Positions 35,871 to 42,581 of a DNA stretch of 42,581 nt are shown here, one piece after another. Where the stretch lies: contig JAUCBJ010005109.1 of the NCBI GenBank assembly GCA_032718475.1, positions 1-42,581 of the forward strand. The letters are read 5' to 3'. The DNA comes from Nemertoderma westbladi. Lineage: Eukaryota; Animalia; Xenacoelomorpha. The first letter of the stretch is position 1. Each line of letters opens with the position of its first letter. The notes under the pieces were generated by a model. It was not told the origin of the DNA. It was given only the letters and a program-made list of their open reading frames with translations, and did not search any database. The position numbers and the translations under genes were made by a program.

Positions 35871-38800
35871 GAAACTTAAAGAGTAGTAAGGTAAACAACT
35901 TAATTGAAACAGCGTCTTTCATATTCTACTATATTAAAGACTTTACCGAACGGCTCTTGCCCCTCCCACCTACTATGGTTACTATTGTGTATATGTAACA
36001 TATGCGGTATAAGGCCAGTCCGCGGAAGTAATTTAATTACTTCGCGTTTACTAGTTGGCGCTTGACCTTGTACCACATTAGTTAATAACCCGTCATAGTA
36101 AGTTGGTGGGGTTGCAGACGTTTGGTAAAGTCTTTAACATCGATAGACTATGACAGACGCAGCAACAAAAAGGTGAATAAACACTGATTAGCGCTAGGCA
36201 ACAATGCTATATAGGTTATAGTATTTATAATATTATTTTGATTTGATTATTGTACTTAAATCCATCACCATTACTATTTTAAAAATTTCTTCCACCACCT
36301 CACCCGTTTATCCCACTATCCTCGCTATCTACATCCTCCACATTATTACCATTACCACCACCACCACCCAACATTCCCATCAACATTTCGATTGTCTCTT
36401 CCATCGCCTTCTCCTGCGCACACCTATCCACCTCCCGGGATCTCCTATCTCCCCAGCCGCTATCTCTAACTCCCAATCTTCTCCCCACGCACTCTTGTTC
36501 TTCTTTTGCTCTTCCTCCAAATTATATTTTATCTCCTCCCACTCGTTCCTCGGATCTAGCAATCTCTCCACCCGCGCTTCTTCTTTATCCCTTTCATACA
36601 TCGCCACCAGTATCATATCATTCTCATGATGGATAAACGTTAGATGGTTTACTGTAAAAAAAAACATAAACAATGAGATGGATGGAAGGTAATGGTACCA
36701 TGAGAGATTATCCACCTCTTAATCCAAAAACCGCAGTGTTGTTATATATTATATTTTATTTATATTGTCCGACAACTTCCATTAAGCTGTATTGTATTAA
36801 TCTATGGAACATGGCAGGTATTCCCTGGCTAATATTTGGCCTTGACTTTCATTTAGGTACACTCTCTCAATCATCACTTAAAAAAAGACGGATAGCCATT
36901 AACGGCACATTCTACCTCGCCTCCTATATGTATCTAAATTATTGCAAAAATAAATTATTATATATTCTCCCATCGTTATTTAGCTTATATATTTAATTAT
37001 AATTATGCTAAACATTAGCTGCACAGTCGCCTGTCGTCTGGACAAGTCGGATATATTGAGGATATCGCGAACTTCTACTCTCAACAGAGGTTTTCGATTA
37101 ATGGTCTCCCTTTTAGTGAGAAGCTTGAGCAATTGCAATAATTTTAATTAGGGGGGGGGGGGGGGGGGGGGGGGTTAGCATCCCCAAATTGAAACTCAAA
37201 TTTTTGTGTCTCTGGACCCTAAAATTGGGTGAAAATTATTTTTTGTGCTACCGGTGCTAAACATCGTCTGGACTGTGTAAGAATAACGAATAACCAAACC
37301 AAATATTTTTAAAATTGGCACCAAAATGGCTCCGTAAAGGCCAAAAGAGCCTTTTTGCGCCAAGGGCTATTTCTCCACCAATATTTGTTGAAATATGTCG
37401 AAATTTGGAATATAAGTTCAGAAGAACCCTGCATCCAATTCTTCTGAAAAAAATTTGCCTCAAATGCACGGGGTCTTTTTAGAATAAAAAGGCCCCAAAA
37501 AAGATTTTTTTGGGCCTTTTTTATATAAAAAGGCTCCAGGGTATTTCCTGGTTTCTAAATTAGTTCAGAAGAACTATGGAGAAAGGTATTCTTAAGAGGT
37601 GTACCAAATTTAACTCATTTCAGCTAAAATTGGTGGACAATTAGCCTTTTTCATGAAAAAAAACGTCATTATGAGATATAGGGTGTTTAAAGTTTAAGGA
37701 ACAATTCAAACCTTCCTGCCTTCCCGCAATTTAAGATAATACCATTTCTCTATGTTCAACAATAACTTTTTCACAAATGAATGAAATTAAACAAAAATTT
37801 TCATGCTTGCTAAACAGATATATAGGCCTAACTTGTTTAATTAATTTTATTCATATCTGCACCGTGAGAGCCTTTTTTATGAAAAGGGCCCCGCACAATT
37901 GTAAAATATAGTGCTGCTCAAAGGCTTGTCAAAAATCGAACTAGCTCTTACGTTTTGGGTAATCCTAATAACTCGAGTTTGAGAAAAGATATGAAAAAAA
38001 CTGCTTGCAGATTTGAAATCTCCATTAAATTAGGCACCAGGAGGCTGCAAAGTAGGCTACAGTAGGCTGCAGGACATTGCTTTCGCCGTGAGGACCAGCC
38101 AATGCATAATCTTGTACTTTGGAAGCCTCATGGAGTGAATAAGCATGGTGGACACTCTGGGCAGCCCATGACTTTCTTGAGACGCATCTTAAACAGTTAA
38201 AGGACACTGGCCTTGAAGATGCGGATGATCTAGCAAATGTCATGGCCCATGGGTGATACATGATATGGAGTTGTGGCGGCGCAATTTTGTCGACAAGCCG
38301 AGCACAGCATTCTTAAAAATGCAGCTGCAATGCAGCATGCCGATCCTACCTAGTAGTAGTAGGCTTGAAATGAAATGTTTAGGTATTGTTAGTCCTTCAT
38401 ATTCATTTAATATCTCATCTATGACAGTTCTTCTGACTGTTTTTAAATACAGAATATGATTATGGATTAAATTGCGAGCGTAGCGAGCATGACAATGTGG
38501 TTTTATATCTGTCAGTCAGTCTGTCTGTATGTATATTGGTCTGATATTGCCTTGGCCTAGGCCAAATTGAAAAACTTTTGAAACAACTCATGTAAGTTAA
38601 TCAACATATACAGTAGGAGGCCTAGCCTAATAGGGATATTGAAATAATGAATAAGAGCAGATGAGTAGGATACAATTATAAACGCGAGCGAAGCGAGCGA
38701 AAATTTTTAACTCTTTTTAATCATACTAGTAGCCTATCTGCCTATAATTTCAATTACCGGTAGCACTGGTCACTGGTTGTGGTTGACTGGCACTGGGTAG

Positions 38801-39250
38801 AGTGGAGTGGATAGGTTGCCAGTGCATTGCAGCATTGCTTGTACAGTTGTAGTGTAGCTGTGTACAGTGTAGGCCTACGCTGCTACATGCTGACATGACA
38901 TCCAAATGCGAGCCAGGATCCTCAATGCGCGCCACATGACCCTGTTGCTCCGCGCCAGGACAGCGAGAGCGACAGCAGGATCCTTAATGTAATGCGCGCC
39001 ACACGCAGCCTGCCACACATGCAGACATGTCACATGTTGAGGAAACTCTGCATAAATTCCAACCTGCAGAGGCAGACCTGGTGTGCATCCAGTGCAGCAG
39101 TGTGCTTACCGGTACCTGGGTACCGTACATACAGACAGACATCTGGACATACAGAATGACTGACATTATTTAGGATGGCTAAAACGTCTGTCCTTATCTG
39201 ATCTGATCTGATCTGACGGTATCTGACACTTGTTCCACCTTGGTTCAGAG

Positions 39251-39440
39251 CACACCGTGGTGTAGTGGTTATATTGAATTCACATCTCACGGAGGATGTG
39301 GGTTCAACCCCGGCATGGGGGCCAAGGTAGTTTTCGTTTTGGCACGAATGTTTTGAAGGGTTTAGCGAGGCATCTCTGCCTTGCATCCTTAAATGGTAGC
39401 TAAATGAGTACTGGACTTTCTGCCTATGTCAGCATGTGAA
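39251..39440 (+). mobile_element. tRNA-derived SINE (5' part)
   Basis: A box TGGTGTAGTGG (39258-39268) and B box GGTTCAACCCC (39301-39311). No intact cloverleaf. Downstream taaatgagtactgg is a SINE-core-like motif. Confidence 0.65.
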
Positions 39441-40049
39441 GTTTCCCCGGTATTCCCCTTAAACCCGGGGGGGGGGGGGGGGGTCAATATAATACCTCCC
39501 GCTTTGAAACTAACGATACTAACTAAAAGACTAACTGAAACAAACTAAAGGGAATTCAAATAAAATAAGCTAGAAATTTTAAATTTGTTTTTAGCGGCTG
39601 GTGCCAAATTTTTGGTGCCGGTCCATGCAGTCTGGGAAATTAGCCCTATAGGGAAACTTATTTATTTCCCTATACAGCTATAGGGAAATTTGTGTTTCCC
39701 TATAGGGAAATTACAGCTTTCCCTATAAGGAAATTATGCAATATCTTGGTTTTTAATTAATTTTACATTATTTTTATTTAATTTAGACTATACATTTCCT
39801 GTAATACTGTTTTAATAATAATGAATAATATTAACTATTAAGTGCTATGATTCAAAATATATTGAATAATGAATATTGGTACACTACCTACACTGCAGTC
39901 ATTTACTTTTAATCAGAGGTTGTCTATTTCCATCAAAAACATCACCTTCCCCTTACAATATTCCTTCACCCTTTATGGCAATTCCCTTGTCCTATTGTCT
40001 GCTTGCACACACTTCGAAATGGAAGACATTGACTAAAGATTACATGATA

Positions 40050-40830
40050 ATAGTCTCAACGAGTATATAATGTGTTGAATTAACCAATCACCAATGTCAT
40101 GCTCTCTACAGGACTCCCAAGTCTTTATGTAAATCTGTGGACTTTAGTGAGTGGTCGAGCATTACCTTACATTTGTCGTGATTAAAAAGAAGTTGGCACA
40201 ATTTGCTCCAGCGGCCCAGGACATCCAAATCACGTAAATCAATCAATCATCTGATCATGTAGTGGGGCAATAGAGGTGATGTTACTGGGGTCGAATATAG
40301 TGATGTCTTTAAAGGTCATCGGCGAAAAGATGAATGAGGTGAGTGAGTAGAGTTGGAACATCATCCACGTATTCAAGGAACAAGAAAACTCCAGCAACAC
40401 TTCCCTGAGGAACACCACTGTCAACAGGTAGCCACGGTGATGTTTTCCCACTGATGCTGATGACCACGCGTTGGTATCTGCAAGAGAGAGAAATGCCCGA
40501 AACCAATTTAATAACTTGCCGATTATTCCATATTCCAGTATTCCAAGGGCCTGCAATTTGACAATCATTCTCTAGTGTGGCATTGAATCAAAGGCTTTCC
40601 GAAAGTCCAAGTATGCAGTGATTACATGCGATCATCTAGTACATTGAACCAATGGAAATGGAAGATACAATCAAGTAGTTGTAGAGTGCATGCTGCATGA
40701 TCGCCCTTTCTGGAAACCTTAATGGTCATATAGGGTATAACAGTATAAGGTTATTTTCCTTCATATAGCTGTATGTTTCATTGACAACGTTTTGTTTCAT
40801 AACTTTGCAGACCACTGATGTTAGACTGAT
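40050..40830 (-). pseudogene. CR1-like reverse transcriptase fragment
   Basis: LDFRKAFDS..MIVKLQALG..GKLLNWFRAFL, QRVV..SGVPQGSV..LF..YVDD..HLFADD. Frameshifts and stops. Confidence 0.85.
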
Positions 40831-40983
40831 AGATCTTTTTTAGATCTTTGCATAGATAGTGCTTTTATTAAGTGTTTTATGCGCGTGCGCGATGTCCTTT
40901 ATTTTTTGAGGGGGATGATCTATTGATCAGGCAGTCGGACGGTTAGTAAGAAGGTGGGCAGGTGGGTGTAAACAAGCCGCCGC

Positions 40984-41175
40984 GGTAACATATTCTCCTT
41001 TCCCTCAATTGGTAGGTAACAAAATCGTTTATTGTTTTGGTTAGAAAACCCTGTCTTGGTAACCTTCTCCTTTCCCTCAATTTGTAGGTAACAACGTCGT
41101 TTACGGTTTTGGTTAGAAATTACAGCCGCTGTAACCTGCTCTTTTCCTTCAATTGGAAGGTAACAACAGCGTTTG
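40984..41175. repeat. About 73-bp tandem repeat, about 2.6 units
   Basis: gtaac..ctcctttccctcaatt(g/t)gtaggtaacaa..cgttt repeated three times. Confidence 0.75.
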
Positions 41176-42014
41176 GCGTTGATTAATTCCCACATTCCCA
41201 TTCACCTTCCCATATTCTTTCATCATCTGGGTATAAACTCCACTGTATCAGCTGGCAATATGGGGCATGTTAAGTCATATACACACTACACAGTAGGCCT
41301 AGAGAGATACCCCTTCCTGCCTTCCCTTTAGCTGTTTAGCGTAATATAATATAACAAACATACAATAATAAATATTTTAAATGTAATATATTAATAAGTA
41401 TCATTACCGTACTTAATTAATAATATTAATTATAATTAATATAATTAACTTTAACATTTAATAATGATAACTATTAACAAGAAAGATTCACGAAAAAAAT
41501 ATTGCAGCAAATGCTGTATTGTTTTTAATAAAAGTTTAATGTTTCAACACCAACTAAATCTTCGAAAGTTGTTTACATCTGAAACTATCCATCTTTTCTG
41601 GGACAATCACACAACTTTCATACCCGCCATCCTTCATCCTATATCGCTTTTTTAATATATAATACAGTAATAACATGCCTTTGTGCATTAGATGCATACC
41701 GGTATGCCTGTACTGCTCTGGTACCGGTACTTCATATGATGATAATACGTAACACTGTAACAGGCAACCTGAAACGTGATCCCCTTTTCAGCTATTGGCT
41801 ATTTACCTAACAGCCAGTTAGGTAAATATTATATCTCTTTCTCCTGATTGGCTGATTGGTTATAGAATCAGATGCTGTCAGATCAGACAGTCAGATCAGA
41901 TCAGATAAGGACAGACGTTTTATTCTACCTCGACATTATTACTTACCGTTACCAGAATTTCCTGATCCTGAGCGGGAAATAAATAGGCCTATTACTTCGA
42001 CGTTCGACCATGTC

Positions 42015-42429
42015 CAGTTAGGAACACTGGTCACTTTCTGGCTGAAGCTCAGCCAAAAATTGTCCACATATTTACAGCCAGAAAGTGTCCGTGCAGCCAC
42101 TATTTGTCCTTCACAGGCTGCGATTATATTTCCGGACATATTTTGGCTGTAACTCCAATAGTACTCAAAGCAGAAGCTGGGCATATTTTTATTTTTAATA
42201 TTATGATAAGTTATCCCAACGATGAGATTCTAATTCTCAAATTGATTTATACAGAATTTTATGACGATTCTAATGGCATAATTTTTAGAATGCCAATGTT
42301 AAAATTTCACTGCCGGTTTTCAAATGAAATTTAGCATTGTTTTCTATGGAGAAATTTCACTCTGAGAGCGTTTTCCGCGGACACATTCTGGCTGTAAATT
42401 GGACATATTGTGACCAGTGTTCCTGACTG
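42015..42429. mobile_element. 415-bp MITE with CAG..CTG termini and 5-bp TSD (hAT5-like, superfamily uncertain)
   Basis: 20-bp TIR CAGT(T/C)AGGAACACTGGTCAC. TSD ATGTC (42010-42014 / 42430-42434). Subterminal inverted tttacagccagaa.gtgtccg motifs. Empty site gaccatgtcagcatg in copy 1. Confidence 0.88.
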
Positions 42430-42581
42430 ATGTCAGCATGTTCTGATGTTATCCTCTGAGACTGTATCTATTTCAGTAGGCCTATTTAACATGGATATTT
42501 TACTGGTGCAGCTTCGGTTTACAGTAGGCCTACAGAGCTTTACAGTTAGCTTCCAGCAGTTCAGATTTCAATAAACGAAAC

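Larger units (their letters stand above)
39171..41931. mobile_element. Non-autonomous MULE/MuDR-like element, 2761 bp
   Basis: 9-bp TSD GACATTATT (39162-39170 / 41932-41940). Imperfect TIRs of about 57-65 bp sharing taaaacgtctgtccttatctgatctgatctga. Empty site at about 23722-23730 in copy 1. No transposase seen. Confidence 0.8.
24647..42581 (+). repeat. Copy 2 of the 7.2-kb segment, expanded by five insertions and running off the window
   Basis: Matches copy 1 in blocks 24647-24699, 25211-27695, 31122-31173, 34353-39170, 41932-42014 and 42430-42581. Confidence 0.93.

Noticed and set aside
39251-39322. Functional tRNA gene
   Set aside because: A and B boxes are present but the acceptor and anticodon stems do not pair convincingly, and the sequence continues into a SINE-like body.

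Overview
AT-rich eukaryotic (probably invertebrate animal) DNA made almost entirely of repeats and transposable elements. No prokaryotic genes and no CRISPR array are supported. The left part (1-17.4 kb) holds one convincing host exon (beta/gamma-crystallin-type Greek-key domain, 3678-3860, +), a 12-bp minisatellite, DINE/Helentron-like tandem arrays, decayed LINE and BEL relics, and a Penelope-type minimal hammerhead ribozyme. From 17447 a 7.2-kb segment is tandemly duplicated. Copy 1 (17447-24646) shows the empty sites for five insertions found in copy 2 (24647 to window end): (1) a poly(A) retro-fragment; (2) a 3.4-kb IS3EU-like DNA transposon with TACGG..CCGTA ends, a 6-bp TSD, an intact DDE transposase and a convergent HECT-type E3 ligase ORF; (3) a 5'-truncated LINE with a chimeric 3' end; (4) a MULE-like element with a 9-bp TSD carrying SINE and CR1 pieces; (5) a CAG..CTG MITE with a 5-bp TSD. 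Comparing the two copies also reveals a dense set of 8-bp scars (5-bp duplication flanking CAG or CTG) that match the excision footprint predicted for that MITE family. All alignments and family calls were made by eye and no searches were run.
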